A DNA stretch of 62,710 nt, taken from positions 1-62,710 of the forward strand of contig JBAMMG010000010.1 in the NCBI GenBank assembly GCA_039793905.1. The letters run 5' to 3'. The notes beneath the pieces are model-generated. The model searched no databases. It was not told the origin of the DNA and was given only the letters and a program-made list of their open reading frames with translations. The DNA is from Thermoanaerobaculum sp. GTDB taxonomy: Bacteria > Acidobacteriota > Thermoanaerobaculia > Thermoanaerobaculales > Thermoanaerobaculaceae. The translations under genes were made by a program, and so were the position numbers. Below are positions 1 to 11,179 of this stretch, in pieces (the first letter of the stretch is position 1; each line of letters begins with the position of its first letter).

Positions 1-53
1 TGTCAAACGACGGGGGCCGCCGAGCCCCGCTTTGCTCGGTTTTCACGGCCTTC

Positions 54-929
54 TCATGAGCGCCGCTTGACCAAGAGGTCCGCCAGCAAACCCAAAACGA
101 AAATTTCCAGGGCCGAAAGGCTCGTGAGCACCGTCTTGTCCGTGAGGTTGCGCTCGTAAAAGACGTCCCACAAACCAAAAGCCACCGCCAGAGAGCCGAG
201 AAGGAAACACAGCGGGAGGAAGACGCGGAGAGGATCGAAGTAAACCACGGCCCGGATGAGGCTTAAGAGCAGTCGCGCGGTGTCGTAAACGGCGCGAAAC
301 TTGGAACGGCCGATGCGCGTGCGGTACTCGACGGGCAGCCAGGCGACCCGCCAGCCATCCAAAAGGGCCGCCACCGTAAGGCTGGTGCTCAGGGAAAAAC
401 CGTCGGGAAGGACCCGCAGGATGGGGAGGACGCGGCTGCGGCGAAAAACCCGCATCCCTGAATTGAGGTCAGGAACCCGCTTGCCCAAAAGGGCTTCCGC
501 CAACTTCCTGATGACCCACTTGGCAGGCCGCCGCACCCAAGGGATCTTGGCCCCTGGGGCCACGCGTGCCCCAATGACCTGATCGCGCCCTTCAGCCAAG
601 GCCGAAAGAAGCCCGGGTAAGGCCGCCCCCGGGTACGACCCGTCGGCATCCAGAAGGCACACCACCTCCGCCGTGGTCTCGGCAATCCCCCGCTTGACGG
701 CCCAACCGTACCCCGAGGGCTCCTCCAGGACGATCACCCGTGCCCCGGCCCCTTGGGCTTGGACGGCCGTGCGGTCCGAGGAGGCGTCGTCCACCACCAC
801 GACCTCAAAGTCCACAACGCCTTCCATACCCGAAAGCGCAGCGAAGACCTCGCCAACCACACTGGCCACCGCCCCCTCCTCGTTGCGGGCAGGGATGATG
901 ACCGCAAGGGAAAGCCACTGCTCGCTCAC
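54..929 (-). CDS. Glycosyltransferase family 2 (polyprenol-phosphate glycosyltransferase-like) with C-terminal TM helices
   Basis: VIIPARNEE, VVVDDASSD, LDADGSY and DLNSGMR motifs. Start re-called to GTG at 929 (GGAGGA SD, GTGA overlap with the upstream stop). The longer ORF to 1769 is a shadow extension. Confidence 0.85.
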   Translation of the reverse strand: MSEQWLSLAVIIPARNEEGAVASVVGEVFAALSGMEGVVDFEVVVVDDASSDRTAVQAQGAGARVIVLEEPSGYGWAVKRGIAETTAEVVCLLDADGSYPGAALPGLLSALAEGRDQVIGARVAPGAKIPWVRRPAKWVIRKLAEALLGKRVPDLNSGMRVFRRSRVLPILRVLPDGFSLSTSLTVAALLDGWRVAWLPVEYRTRIGRSKFRAVYDTARLLLSLIRAVVYFDPLRVFLPLCFLLGSLAVAFGLWDVFYERNLTDKTVLTSLSALEIFVLGLLADLLVKRRS

Positions 930-2899
930 GGCGTTCCTCCGAGAGGCAACGGGTCCTTGAGCCGATACACCTCCACGGCCCCGTCTTGGAACACCCGCTC
1001 CAGCCAAAGCTCGACAAACTCCCGAAGGGTTGCCGCGCCCCTTTGGGTTTGGGGCTCGAAGTAACGCTCCCGGTGGTTGAGGGCCGCCATCCGCTCCGCC
1101 TCCCGCCAGTTGACGAGACAGTGGGTAACGCCCATGGCGCGCAAGGACCGCGTCAAGGCTCGGGCGTCGGGCAGGTGGTCGGCCAGCTCCACCAAAAGGG
1201 GTGTGTGGAACGGGTCCTCCACCACCACGGTGCGCTCGAAATACATGGACCTCGCCTCGGCCACCAACAGCACCTTTCCGCCGGCATCTACCCGTGAGTT
1301 CACGAACTGAGCCGCGCTCCAATAATCCACCGAACGAGCCAACCACTCCTCCCGACCCATTTGCCCCAAAGCCACCCCTACCCGTGCCCAAAACTCCGGG
1401 GCCAAGCTGCCCATGGCTCCCCACAAAATGCCCCCGCCAACCAAAACGACTAAGGCCCGCCGAGCGGCCCGGGGGAAGCTCTCGAGCAGACTTTCCCAAA
1501 AGGCTCCCATGAGGGCGGCACCCGGCACCAAGGCCCCGAGAAGGTACCGAGGCAAATCGAAGACCAACCCCCAAGCCACCACCCCTGAGAGGAAACCCGC
1601 GAGCAAAAGAAGCTTTTTCCCATCCCGGAACCGCCAAACCCACAGCAAAGTTGCAGGGAGCAACGCCAGGTAGACTGGGCCCACGACCCCCGCGGCACCT
1701 CGGGGATCGAAGGTCCCTAAGAACAAGCCCGCCAAAACCTTCCGCCCCACCTTGGCGAGGGTTTCCCAAACCCCGGAAACCTCCCCCCCTGCCAAGAGGT
1801 TACCGCCGCCAACGGGCGAACCAGAAAAAACCGGATGCAAGGGGTTCCCAGTCAAAACCACGTTGCGCCCTAGCCAAGGTCCCAGGCTCAAGAACACCCC
1901 AAAGGCAAAAAGGGCCGCCCGGAAAAAGGCACGCTCAAGCTTTCTGGGTTCTCCAAGGACAAAGGGGACCAGGGCTACGGCCAAAAAGCCGGGAGCCACC
2001 ACCGTGGCCAAGGAAAGGAGCTTGCATCCGGCGGCAAGTCCCGAAAGGGTTCCAGCCAGAACCCACCGCCACCTTTGGGCCGGCTCCTCCGTGGCCGCCA
2101 AGATAGCTAGCCAACACGCCCCGGCAAAAGCAGCGGCTCCCAAATCGGACGCCGCCCAGCTGGCGGAAAGCACTACGGCCGGCGTTGCCGCAAAAAGGAC
2201 GCCAGCCCAGAGCCCGCTGGCTCCCAAACTCCGAGCCAAAGCCACAGCGCTGGCCGCCGCAAGGGCTCCGACGCCCCAGTGGACGAGCTGCGCTGTCCAA
2301 TCGGGAAGAAAGGCCAAGGCGTAAGTAAAAAGCAAGCCCATGTTGGCCGGAAGGTAGGAGTAATCGTGCCGCGGGAAGACCGTCAGCCCGCCCTGCCGCA
2401 GCCATTGAAAGGGGAACGCGAGGTGATAGTTGAGTTGATCGTAAAAGGCTGAAGGCACCGAAGCCGAAAGAAAAGAAAAGAAGACGAAAGGCAAAACCAA
2501 AAGCCACAGGGAAGGGAGGGGCCGAGGCTTCCAGGTTCCCGGCGCCAGAAACTTGGAGAGCCGGTAGCCGCCGAAAAGCAAAAAGAAAAGCAAGATGAAC
2601 ATCAGCGCCCATCGGTTGAGAAGACCCACCAATCCCAGCCCCATGGCCAGCGCCGCGAGCACCCCCAACCCCAGGGCAAGGGTGAGGACCGCTGCTGCCA
2701 AGGGTGGACAGGGCGGTACCAGCCGAGCCACGGCGCTCCCAGCCCCGAAAGCCGCAAGAGCGAAGGTGGCAAGCCAGAGGGCCGCAAAGGCGAGGAGAAC
2801 CAGCGGCGCGGGGGACAAGACCTCTTGGAAGCGAGCAAAAACCACACCCGCAACCAAAACGAACAGCACGGCAGCGAGCTGCCAAAAACGGGTCGCCAT
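926..2899 (-). CDS. Polytopic membrane protein, GT-C/ArnT-like glycosyltransferase
   Basis: More than 12 hydrophobic segments, YDQLNYHL loop motif, GxK (LAAGCK), PWLGRNxxxTGNPLHP and PRYLLG. Start re-called to ATG 2899, 7 nt after TACAAT (ORF track start 2908). Confidence 0.7.
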   Translation of the reverse strand: MATRFWQLAAVLFVLVAGVVFARFQEVLSPAPLVLLAFAALWLATFALAAFGAGSAVARLVPPCPPLAAAVLTLALGLGVLAALAMGLGLVGLLNRWALMFILLFFLLFGGYRLSKFLAPGTWKPRPLPSLWLLVLPFVFFSFLSASVPSAFYDQLNYHLAFPFQWLRQGGLTVFPRHDYSYLPANMGLLFTYALAFLPDWTAQLVHWGVGALAAASAVALARSLGASGLWAGVLFAATPAVVLSASWAASDLGAAAFAGACWLAILAATEEPAQRWRWVLAGTLSGLAAGCKLLSLATVVAPGFLAVALVPFVLGEPRKLERAFFRAALFAFGVFLSLGPWLGRNVVLTGNPLHPVFSGSPVGGGNLLAGGEVSGVWETLAKVGRKVLAGLFLGTFDPRGAAGVVGPVYLALLPATLLWVWRFRDGKKLLLLAGFLSGVVAWGLVFDLPRYLLGALVPGAALMGAFWESLLESFPRAARRALVVLVGGGILWGAMGSLAPEFWARVGVALGQMGREEWLARSVDYWSAAQFVNSRVDAGGKVLLVAEARSMYFERTVVVEDPFHTPLLVELADHLPDARALTRSLRAMGVTHCLVNWREAERMAALNHRERYFEPQTQRGAATLREFVELWLERVFQDGAVEVYRLKDPLPLGGTP

Positions 2900-2996
2900 C
2901 GGCGGCATTGTACCGGTCTGCCGGCGGGCGCCCAGCGGTAGGGGAGAACGGTGATGGAAGCGGACCGTGGCCGCCGGTTCTCAGGGGGCTCGAAGC

Positions 2997-4067
2997 CTAA
3001 AGAGGTTCGTAGAGGGTGCGGCGCTGCCTGGGGGTGAAGCCAGCGTCGCGAATCAAACGCTCCATGGTTTCTCGATCCAAGCGGTTGTGCACCCCGGCAG
3101 CCGCCACCACGTTTTCTTCGAGCATGATGGAGCCCAAGTCGTCGGCCCCAAAGTAGAGGGAAAGCTGGCCGATCTTGGGGCCTTGGGTGAGCCAGGAACC
3201 CTGGACATGCTGGATGTTGTCCAGGGCCAAGCGGGAGATGGCCAGGGTCCGAAGGTAGTCGTAGCCGCCGGAAGTTTCCACTTGCCCCTCCAGGCTCGTG
3301 TTTTCCTCCTGGAAGGTCCAAGGGATGAACGCCGTGAACCCGCCGGTTTGCTCCTGGAGCTGGCGCACGCGCAGGAGGTGCTCCACCCGCGCCGCAAAGC
3401 TTTCCCCCACCCCGAACATCATGGTGGCGGTGGTGCGAAGCCCCAAGGCGTGAGCCTCCCGATGCACTTCCAGCCACTCCGCTGTCGAGGCTTTGGCGTG
3501 AGACCAAATGCGCTTGCGGGTTTCGTCTTCGAGGATCTCGGCCCCGCCCCCGGGGATCGAGGCCAGCCCCGCGTCCCGCAAGCGGGCAATGACCTCGCGG
3601 ATGGGGAGCTTGTGCACCCGGGAGAGAAAGGCAACTTCCGGAGCCGAAAAGGCGTGAAGGTGAACCTCGGGAAAGCGCTCCCGCAAGAACCGCAGCATCC
3701 CTTCGTAAAAGTCCAAGCGCATGGAGGGGTGAACCCCCCCTTGAAGGAGGATCCCGGTGCCGCCAGCGGCCACGGTTTCTTCGACCTTCTCGGCGAGCTC
3801 TTCGAACGGCAACACGTAAGCGTCGGGGTCGGCAGGCTTGCGGTAAAAGGCGCAAAACTTGCACCGGTACACGCACACGTTGGTGTAGTTGATGTTGCGA
3901 TCGATGATGTAGGTGACCACCGGCTCGGGGTTCTTTCGGAAGCGAACGGCAGTGGCGGCTTCGCCCAAGTCGTGAAGGGGAGCCTCTTCGAAGAGGCACA
4001 AAAGCTCGGAAGCGGCGAGCCTCGCCCCGGAGATGGCCCGCTCGAGGATGGCCCTGACCTCACCCAT
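2997..4067 (-). CDS. mqnC: Cyclic dehypoxanthine futalosine synthase (radical SAM)
   Basis: DRNINYTNVCVYRCKFCAF (CxxxCxxC), PGGGAEIL, FIPWTFQ and DDLGSIMLEENVV; adjacent to mqnA. Confidence 0.9.
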   Translation of the reverse strand: MGEVRAILERAISGARLAASELLCLFEEAPLHDLGEAATAVRFRKNPEPVVTYIIDRNINYTNVCVYRCKFCAFYRKPADPDAYVLPFEELAEKVEETVAAGGTGILLQGGVHPSMRLDFYEGMLRFLRERFPEVHLHAFSAPEVAFLSRVHKLPIREVIARLRDAGLASIPGGGAEILEDETRKRIWSHAKASTAEWLEVHREAHALGLRTTATMMFGVGESFAARVEHLLRVRQLQEQTGGFTAFIPWTFQEENTSLEGQVETSGGYDYLRTLAISRLALDNIQHVQGSWLTQGPKIGQLSLYFGADDLGSIMLEENVVAAAGVHNRLDRETMERLIRDAGFTPRQRRTLYEPL

Positions 4068-4857
4068 ACCAAATCCCCCGTTCCCGCGGGGGCACCAAGC
4101 CCTCCGCCGCAGCGAGCTTCAAGAACTCGGCGACCCCCGACCGCTCTTCCTCCCCGAGGGAAAACACCAGCTTGCGCTCCAAGTACTCCCGGGTGCGGTC
4201 AAGCGCCAGACCATGCTCCGCCGACCACCGGGGCAGAAGCTCCTCCCAGTGGTCCCGGGCGTACTCGTAGGACGCGTTCAGCAGAGGGAGGACCTGGGCA
4301 CCCACCCCCGGCCCCAACCCCCACACCGCAAACACGAAAGGCTTTCCCCGCCACGCCATCCACTCGGCCGCGAGATCCAAGCGGAAAAGACCCGGAGTGC
4401 CGTCGAGGGCCAATGCCGGGTCGCCAATGACCACAGCGGCATCGGCGTGAGCCAGCATCTCCTCCACCGGGGGTGCCGCCGGCACCACCCGCGGCTCCAC
4501 CCCGTACCGAGCCTTGAGGAGCAGGCGGGCCAAAAGCACCGAGGTGCGGGACGCGGTATGGGCTGCCAGGACCCGAACCTCGGGGAGGGGCACCCGCGAC
4601 ACCAAAAGCACCGAGGTGGTTTCCCCCCGAGCCGCAACACCCAAATGAGGGTAAGCCGCCACGTTGGGGAGTTCCGGCAAAGCCCCCACCGGCACCAGGC
4701 CCACCTGGGCGTGCCCCGCCTTCAGCGCCTCGGCACAGCGGGCCGGCTCGGCTACCGAGAAGAGGTAGGGAAACCCGGCCGCGATCCCAGCTTCGAGACC
4801 TGCTAGAAGCGGGCGAGCGTTGAGAAAGCTAACCCCGACGATGACCAGAGGCGGCAA
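4060..4857 (-). CDS. mqnA: Chorismate dehydratase (futalosine pathway)
   Basis: VSFLNARPL, SRTSVLL, IGDPAL, DLAAEW and PFVFAVW motifs. Confidence 0.9.
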   Translation of the reverse strand: MPPLVIVGVSFLNARPLLAGLEAGIAAGFPYLFSVAEPARCAEALKAGHAQVGLVPVGALPELPNVAAYPHLGVAARGETTSVLLVSRVPLPEVRVLAAHTASRTSVLLARLLLKARYGVEPRVVPAAPPVEEMLAHADAAVVIGDPALALDGTPGLFRLDLAAEWMAWRGKPFVFAVWGLGPGVGAQVLPLLNASYEYARDHWEELLPRWSAEHGLALDRTREYLERKLVFSLGEEERSGVAEFLKLAAAEGLVPPRERGIWYG

Positions 4858-4862
4858 AAACC

Positions 4863-6245
4863 CTAGCCCCCCTGGGACATGGATTCCAGAAACTCCCGGT
4901 TGGTGCGGGTGCGCTCCAGCCGCTCCAAAAGCAGCTCCATGGCCTCAACCGTGGAAAGGGGCGTGAGCACTTTGCGCAGCACCCAAACGCGTTTGAGCTC
5001 CCAGGGCTCGAGGAGCAGCTCCTCCTTGCGGGTCCCGGATTTGTTGATGTCAATGGCAGGGAAGATGCGCTTTTCCACCAGCTTGCGGTCGAGGTGCACC
5101 TCCATGTTGCCGGTACCTTTGAACTCCTCGAAGATCACGTCGTCCATGCGCGAGCCGGTGTCAATGAGGGCGGTACCAATGATGGTGAGGGACCCTCCCT
5201 CCTCGATGTTGCGGGCGGCACCAAAGAACCGTTTGGGTTTTTGCAGGGCGTTGGAATCCACGCCGCCCGAAAGCACCTTCCCCGAAGGCGGTACCACAGT
5301 GTTGTAGGCTCGAGCCAAGCGGGTGATCGAGTCCAAAAGGATCACCACGTCGCGCTTGTGCTCCACCAATCTCTTGGCTTTCTCCAGCACCATTTCCGCC
5401 ACCTGCACGTGGCGGTACGCCGGCTCATCGAAGGTGGAGGAAATGACCTCGCCCTTGACCGAACGCTGCATGTCCGTCACTTCCTCCGGCCGCTCGTCAA
5501 TCAAAAGCACGATGAGCACGATTTCGGGGTGGTTGGCGGTAATGGCGTTGGCAATGGCCTGGAGCATCATGGTCTTGCCCGTACGGGGGGGAGCTACGAT
5601 GAGGCCGCGCTGGCCCTTGCCAATGGGGGTCAGGAGGTTCATGACCCGGCAGGTCATGTTCCCCTCAACCTCCAAGTTGATGCGCTCCATGGGGTAGAGG
5701 GGCGTAAGGTTGTCGAAGAGGATTTTTTCTTGCGCCACCTCCGGCGGCTCGAAGTTCACCGCCTCCACCTTGATGAGGGCAAAGTACCGCTCACCCTCCC
5801 GGGGCGGGCGAATTTGCCCCGAAACCGTGTCCCCAGTGCGCAAATTGAAGCGGCGGATTTGCGAGGGGGAAACGTAAATATCGTCCGGGCCCGGCAGGTA
5901 GTTGTAGTCGGGGGCGCGAAGGAAGCCGTAGCCGTCAGGGAGGATCTCCAGGACGCCTTCCCCGAAAATCAAGCCCTCCCGCTCGGTTTGCGCCTGCAAG
6001 ATCTTGAAGATGAGCTCCTGCTTGCGCATGCCAGCCGGGTTTTCCACCCCCAGCTCGCGGGCAATGTCGGTGAGCTGCCCGATGGACATGTCCTTGAGTG
6101 TCCGGATGTTGAGGCGCTCGCCTTCCTCCCGGGTTTCCGTTTCGTAAACCTCGTCTTCCACCACCACCGGCAGCCCTTCGGGGTTGGACTCCTCCCGCCG
6201 TCGGCGGCCCCGCCGGGTGTGACTGACTTTTTCCTCTTGTGCCAT
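4863..6245 (-). CDS. rho: Transcription termination factor Rho
   Basis: [26 protein letters not shown] and [11 protein letters not shown]. Start at ATG 6245 after AAAGGAG SD (ORF track start 6275). Confidence 0.98.
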   Translation of the reverse strand: MAQEEKVSHTRRGRRRREESNPEGLPVVVEDEVYETETREEGERLNIRTLKDMSIGQLTDIARELGVENPAGMRKQELIFKILQAQTEREGLIFGEGVLEILPDGYGFLRAPDYNYLPGPDDIYVSPSQIRRFNLRTGDTVSGQIRPPREGERYFALIKVEAVNFEPPEVAQEKILFDNLTPLYPMERINLEVEGNMTCRVMNLLTPIGKGQRGLIVAPPRTGKTMMLQAIANAITANHPEIVLIVLLIDERPEEVTDMQRSVKGEVISSTFDEPAYRHVQVAEMVLEKAKRLVEHKRDVVILLDSITRLARAYNTVVPPSGKVLSGGVDSNALQKPKRFFGAARNIEEGGSLTIIGTALIDTGSRMDDVIFEEFKGTGNMEVHLDRKLVEKRIFPAIDINKSGTRKEELLLEPWELKRVWVLRKVLTPLSTVEAMELLLERLERTRTNREFLESMSQGG

Positions 6246-6271
6246 GTTCGTTGCTCCTTTTTGTGTTTTTT

Positions 6272-6853
6272 TCATGCTGCCAGCGGCTCGCCAAGCCGCT
6301 GTCCTATGGCTTTGAGTAACTCGCGCTTGCCCTCACCGCTCTTGGCGGAAAACGTCAAAGGTGGCTCGGGCAAATCGAGATCTTTCTGCACCCGCAGCTT
6401 TTCCGCCGCCAAAGCCCCGCGGCCCAAGGCGTCAGCCTTGGTGAGCACCACCAGGAAAGGCTTTGCCGCCTCTCGGCACAGGTCCACGAGCGCCCGATCC
6501 AACGGCGAGGTGGGCACCCTGGGATCCACCAGGGCCACCACGAGCTTGAGGCGCCCTTCGTGGGTCAGGTACTCGGTCACGTGCCGGCCCCAGCTTTCCC
6601 GCTCCCTCTTGGGTACGGCGGCAAAACCGTAACCCGGCAGGTCCACAAAAAACACCCGGTTGTTGACGAGGTAGAAGTTGAGGGTTCTCGTCTTCCCCGG
6701 GGTTTTGCTGGTGTGGGCAAGTTTCTGCCCGAAAACGGTGTTGAGCAAACTGGACTTTCCCACGTTGGAGCGCCCAGCAAACGCCACCTGCGGCCAGGGC
6801 TCGCGGGGCCCTTGGCGAAAATCCACCACGCAGGCGCGAAGGGTGACCACCAC
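6272..6853 (-). CDS. engB: Ribosome biogenesis GTPase YihA/YsxC
   Basis: [22 protein letters not shown] and TKAD motifs; canonical position after lon. Confidence 0.95.
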   Translation of the reverse strand: MVVTLRACVVDFRQGPREPWPQVAFAGRSNVGKSSLLNTVFGQKLAHTSKTPGKTRTLNFYLVNNRVFFVDLPGYGFAAVPKRERESWGRHVTEYLTHEGRLKLVVALVDPRVPTSPLDRALVDLCREAAKPFLVVLTKADALGRGALAAEKLRVQKDLDLPEPPLTFSAKSGEGKRELLKAIGQRLGEPLAA

Positions 6854-6864
6854 AAGGCTTCCCC

Positions 6865-9261
6865 CTAGTGGGCAGCTCCTGACACCACCCGGCGTGCGTC
6901 CTGGACGCTTTCGCCCCCGCGCGAGGTGGGCAAGGGCCCGTCCAGGACCAGGGGCAAGATCTCGTCCATGTGCGACACCAGATGGAACTGCATGACCGAG
7001 CGGACCTCCTCGGGGATTTCCTCGATGTCCTTTTCGTTTTCTTGCGGCAGGATGACCTCGGTGATACCGGCACGGTACGCCGCCAAAATCTTGTCCTTGA
7101 TGCCACCCACCGGCAACACCTTGCCGCGGAGGGTAATCTCGCCGGTCATGGCAATGTCCTGGCGCACCGGCACCGAAGCCACTGCCGAAAGGAGGGCCGT
7201 CGCCATGGTAATGCCTGCCGAGGGTCCGTCTTTGGGAATGGCGCCTTCGGGCACGTGGATGTGGATGTCGTGCTGCTCGAAGAAATCGGCAGGGATGGGT
7301 AACACCACCGACCGCGAACGCACGTAGGAAAGGGCGGCCCGCGCCGACTCTTGCATGACCTCCCCCAACTGCCCGGTGAGGGTGAGGTTGCCCTTCCCCT
7401 TCATAAGGGTGACCTCGGTGGCCAGGATTTCGCCCCCCACCTCGGTCCAGGCGAGGCCCGTGGCCACGCCCACTTGGCTCTGCTTTTCGGCGCGAGCCAC
7501 GCGGTAGCGAGGCTTGCCCAGGAGCTCCCCGACCCGATCCTCAGTGACCACCAGCTCGCTGCCCACCGGCAGCTTCTTGGACAAAACCTCCCGCGCCAGC
7601 TTGCGACAAACGGACCCGATCTCCCGCTCCAAATTGCGCACCCCAGCTTCCCGCGTGTAGCGCTCGATGAGCAGCTTGATGGCCTCATCGGTAAAGCGCA
7701 CCTTGTACTTCGAGAGGCCTTGGGCCTCGATTTGCTTCTTCACGAGAAACTGCTGGGCAATGTGCAGCTTTTCCTGGTGGGTATAACCGGAAAGCTGAAT
7801 GACCTCCATGCGGTCCAGAAGTGCCGGGGGGATGGTGTGGGTGACGTTGGCGGTGCAGATGAAGAACACCTTGGAGAGGTCGTACTCCACATCCAGGTAG
7901 TGGTCCAGAAACGCGTGGTTCTGCTCGGGATCCAGAGCTTCCAGCAACGCCGCCGCCGGGTCGCCGCGGAAATCGGAGGCCAGTTTGTCCACCTCGTCCA
8001 AGAGAAACACCGGGTTGACGGTGCCGGCTTTCTTCATCATTTGGATGATTTGGCCCGGGAACGCCCCAATGTACGTGCGCCGGTGCCCGCGGATTTCCGC
8101 CTCGTCGCGGACACCGCCGAGGGAAAGGCGCACGAACTTGCGGCCGGTGGCGCGGGCGATGGACTTGGCGAGGGAGGTCTTCCCCACCCCCGGTGGACCC
8201 ACGAAGCAAAGGATCGTCCCCTTGGGTTTCTTCACCAACTGGCGCACGGCCAAAAACTCCAGGATGCGCTCCTTGACCTTCTCGAGGCCGTAGTGGTCCT
8301 CGTTGAGGACCCGCTCGGCCCTCTTGATGTCCCGGATCTCCTTGCTGGCCTTCTTCCACGGCACGGCAATGAGCCAATCGATGTAGGTTCGCGAAACCGT
8401 GGCTTCGGCGGACATGGGGGCCATGCCCTCGAGCCTCTTGAGCTCGGCCATGGCCTTTTCCTTGGCCTCGGGCGGCATCCCCGCTTGCTCGATTTTCTTG
8501 GCCAGCTCCTCCAGCTCCTCCTTGGTGTCGGTGCGCCCCAACTCCTCGTTGATGGCCTTGATTTTTTCCGAAAGGTAGTACTCCCTCTGTGCCTTTTCCA
8601 TTTGCTTTTTGACCTTGGCGTTGAGGCGCCGGTCAATGTTGAGCTTCTCGATTTCCAAATCGAGGATGTCGTTGATCTTTTCCAGCCGCTCCAAAGGGTT
8701 GACGGTAGCCAGAAGGTCCTGCTTTTCCTGGGTGGAAATGGCCAAAACCGACGCCAGAGCATCGGCAAAGCGCTCGGGGTCTTCGGTTTGCAGGTCGGCC
8801 AATACCCCTTCCGTACCGATTTGCTGGGAAAGGCGAGCGTAGTTCTGGAAAAGGGCCGTCAGCTGGGACATGTAGCGGGAAACCCGGGGGTCCTGCACGC
8901 GCCTTGGAGGGATTGGTGTGACCTCAGCCTCAAAACCCACGCCTTCCCGTTCCCGCAGCTCCTGCCACTTCCCGCGCATGAGGCCTTCCACGCCCACCTT
9001 GATCGTGCCGTTGGGGAACGTCACGTGCTGGAGCACGGTGGCGATGACCCCGATTTCGTACACGTCCTCGGGACCCGGCTCGTCCTGCTGCGGATCCTTT
9101 TGGGTCACGAGGAAGAGGCGCTTGTCCTTCTGCTCGAGCGCCCGCCGGAGGGCCGCCACCGACCCGGGACGGCCAACCACGAAGGCAGCCCGCATACCAG
9201 GGAAAACCACCATGTCCCGTAAGGGAACTACGGGAAGCCACTCTTTCTTTGTGCCCTGCAT
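6865..9261 (-). CDS. lon: Lon ATP-dependent protease
   Basis: GPPGVGKTS Walker A, PKDGPSAG catalytic Ser, and N-terminal PLRDMVVFP. Confidence 0.98.
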   Translation of the reverse strand: MQGTKKEWLPVVPLRDMVVFPGMRAAFVVGRPGSVAALRRALEQKDKRLFLVTQKDPQQDEPGPEDVYEIGVIATVLQHVTFPNGTIKVGVEGLMRGKWQELREREGVGFEAEVTPIPPRRVQDPRVSRYMSQLTALFQNYARLSQQIGTEGVLADLQTEDPERFADALASVLAISTQEKQDLLATVNPLERLEKINDILDLEIEKLNIDRRLNAKVKKQMEKAQREYYLSEKIKAINEELGRTDTKEELEELAKKIEQAGMPPEAKEKAMAELKRLEGMAPMSAEATVSRTYIDWLIAVPWKKASKEIRDIKRAERVLNEDHYGLEKVKERILEFLAVRQLVKKPKGTILCFVGPPGVGKTSLAKSIARATGRKFVRLSLGGVRDEAEIRGHRRTYIGAFPGQIIQMMKKAGTVNPVFLLDEVDKLASDFRGDPAAALLEALDPEQNHAFLDHYLDVEYDLSKVFFICTANVTHTIPPALLDRMEVIQLSGYTHQEKLHIAQQFLVKKQIEAQGLSKYKVRFTDEAIKLLIERYTREAGVRNLEREIGSVCRKLAREVLSKKLPVGSELVVTEDRVGELLGKPRYRVARAEKQSQVGVATGLAWTEVGGEILATEVTLMKGKGNLTLTGQLGEVMQESARAALSYVRSRSVVLPIPADFFEQHDIHIHVPEGAIPKDGPSAGITMATALLSAVASVPVRQDIAMTGEITLRGKVLPVGGIKDKILAAYRAGITEVILPQENEKDIEEIPEEVRSVMQFHLVSHMDEILPLVLDGPLPTSRGGESVQDARRVVSGAAH

Positions 9262-9296
9262 ACGCTCTCCTTGGTGAATCAGGGAACCGAAGCCGC

Positions 9297-10541
9297 CTAA
9301 CCGGCTTTGCGGATGGAAGCCAGCGGGGCCACCCGCCGCTCCACCACCTCGCGCGTGATCACGATTTCCGTGATGTCACTGCGCGAGGGAACCTGATACA
9401 TCACGTCTAACATCAGCTCTTCCAGGATTATTTTCAAGCCCCGGGCCCCGACGTTGCGGGCCAAAGCTTCGGCCGCAATGGCCTCAAGGGCGTCCTGGGT
9501 AAAACGCAAGCTCACGCCCTCGAACGCCAGCATGGTCTCGTACTGCCTGACCAGGGAGTTCTTGGGCTCGGTCAAAATGCGGACCAGCGCTTTGTGGTCC
9601 AGCTCGTGGAGGGCCGCCACCACCGGAACCCGCCCCACGAACTCGGGGATCATCCCAAACCTGATGAGGTCGTCGGGGTGCACCTGCTGTAACAGCTCCG
9701 AAGCCGACCTCTCCTCCTTGGTAAGGATCCGCGCTTCGAACCCCACGGATTTCTGGTTCAAGCGCCGGGCCACGATGTCTTCCAGCCCCACGAAGGCCCC
9801 ACCGCAAATGAAGAGGATGTGAGTGGTGTCAATTTGAATGAACTCCTGGTGGGGGTGCTTGCGGCCACCTTGGGGAGGAACGTTGGCCACGGTGCCCTCC
9901 AGAATCTTGAGCAGGGCCTGCTGCACGCCTTCCCCGGAAACGTCGCGGGTAATGGAGGGGGAATCCTGCTTACGGGCAATCTTGTCAATCTCGTCAATGT
10001 ACACAATGCCCCGCTCGCAGCGCTCCCGGTCCCCATCGGCCGCCTGGTACAGGCGCAGGAGGATGTTTTCCACGTCCTCCCCCACGTAGCCCGCTTCCGT
10101 GAGGGTTGTGGCGTCCACGATGGTAAACGGCACGTCCAAAAGGCGGGCCAAGGTTTGGGCCAAGAGCGTTTTCCCCGTGCCCGTAGGACCAATGAGGAGG
10201 ATGTTGGACTTGGAAAGCTCCACTTCCGGGCGGGGCGTGGAGCTTGCGTAGTCAATGCGCCGGTAGTGGTTGTAAACCGCGACCGCCAGTTTTTTCTTGG
10301 CCTGCTCCTGGCCAATCACGTACTGGTCGAGAAAGGCCTTGATTTCCTCGGGCTTGGGCAGTCCCAGCTGCGCCTCCCGGGCTTCCCGAGCCCGGTCCTC
10401 GGCAATGATGTCCAGGCAAACGTCCACGCACTCGTCGCAAATGTAAACGTTGGGGCCGGCAATGAGCTTGCGCACTTCGCGCTGGGACTTGTTGCAAAAG
10501 CTGCAGCGCAGCAGGTGATCCCGACCTTCTCGACTTACCAT
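9297..10541 (-). CDS. clpX: ATP-dependent Clp protease ATP-binding subunit ClpX
   Basis: CSFC...CDEC zinc finger, [14 protein letters not shown] and [10 protein letters not shown]. Confidence 0.98.
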   Translation of the reverse strand: MVSREGRDHLLRCSFCNKSQREVRKLIAGPNVYICDECVDVCLDIIAEDRAREAREAQLGLPKPEEIKAFLDQYVIGQEQAKKKLAVAVYNHYRRIDYASSTPRPEVELSKSNILLIGPTGTGKTLLAQTLARLLDVPFTIVDATTLTEAGYVGEDVENILLRLYQAADGDRERCERGIVYIDEIDKIARKQDSPSITRDVSGEGVQQALLKILEGTVANVPPQGGRKHPHQEFIQIDTTHILFICGGAFVGLEDIVARRLNQKSVGFEARILTKEERSASELLQQVHPDDLIRFGMIPEFVGRVPVVAALHELDHKALVRILTEPKNSLVRQYETMLAFEGVSLRFTQDALEAIAAEALARNVGARGLKIILEELMLDVMYQVPSRSDITEIVITREVVERRVAPLASIRKAG

Positions 10542-10562
10542 GAGGGCATCTCCTCGGTCATT

Positions 10563-11177
10563 TTACACCTTTTTCGGCGCCGCCTCGGGGCGCGCCTCGC
10601 GGTGGGCGATGACCCGGTCAATGATGCCGTACTCCAAAGCGTCTTTGGCCTCCAGAATGAAGTCCCGCTCGGTGTCGGTGTTGATCTTTTCCAATGGCTG
10701 CCCCGTGTGCGCCGCCAGAATCTCGTTGAGACGCTGGCGCAAGCGCAGGATATCCTTGGCGTGAATGTCAATGTCCGTGGCCTGACCACCGAGGCCGAAG
10801 GCCAACGGCTGGTGCAGCAAAACCCGGGCATGGGGGAGCGCCATGCGCTTGCCTTTGGCCCCTCCCGCCAAGAGCACCGCGGCCATGGAGGAGGCCTGCC
10901 CTACGCAGATGGTGGCGACATCGGGCTTGACGTACTGCATAGTGTCGTAAATGGCCAAGCCAGCAGAGATGGAGCCGCCAGGGGAGTTGATGTAAAGGGA
11001 AATATCGCGATTGGGGTTTTCCGCTTCCAAGAAAAGCATCTGGGCGATGACCAGAGACGCCACGTGGTCGTCAATGGGTTCCCCGAGGAAGATGACGTGG
11101 TCCTTGAGGAGCCGCGAAAAGATATCGTAGGCCCGCTCGCCCCGCGGCGTTTGCTCCACCACGATAGGTACCAGCAT
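10563..11177 (-). CDS. clpP: ATP-dependent Clp protease proteolytic subunit
   Basis: [23 protein letters not shown] and HQP motifs. Confidence 0.98.
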   Translation of the reverse strand: MLVPIVVEQTPRGERAYDIFSRLLKDHVIFLGEPIDDHVASLVIAQMLFLEAENPNRDISLYINSPGGSISAGLAIYDTMQYVKPDVATICVGQASSMAAVLLAGGAKGKRMALPHARVLLHQPLAFGLGGQATDIDIHAKDILRLRQRLNEILAAHTGQPLEKINTDTERDFILEAKDALEYGIIDRVIAHREARPEAAPKKV

Positions 11178-11179
11178 TC

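Noticed and set aside
19-44. Hairpin CCGAGC...GCTCGG-TTTT as terminator of the GT2 gene
   Set aside because: The U tract is on the plus strand, the wrong orientation for the minus-strand GT2 gene, and context is lost at the window edge.
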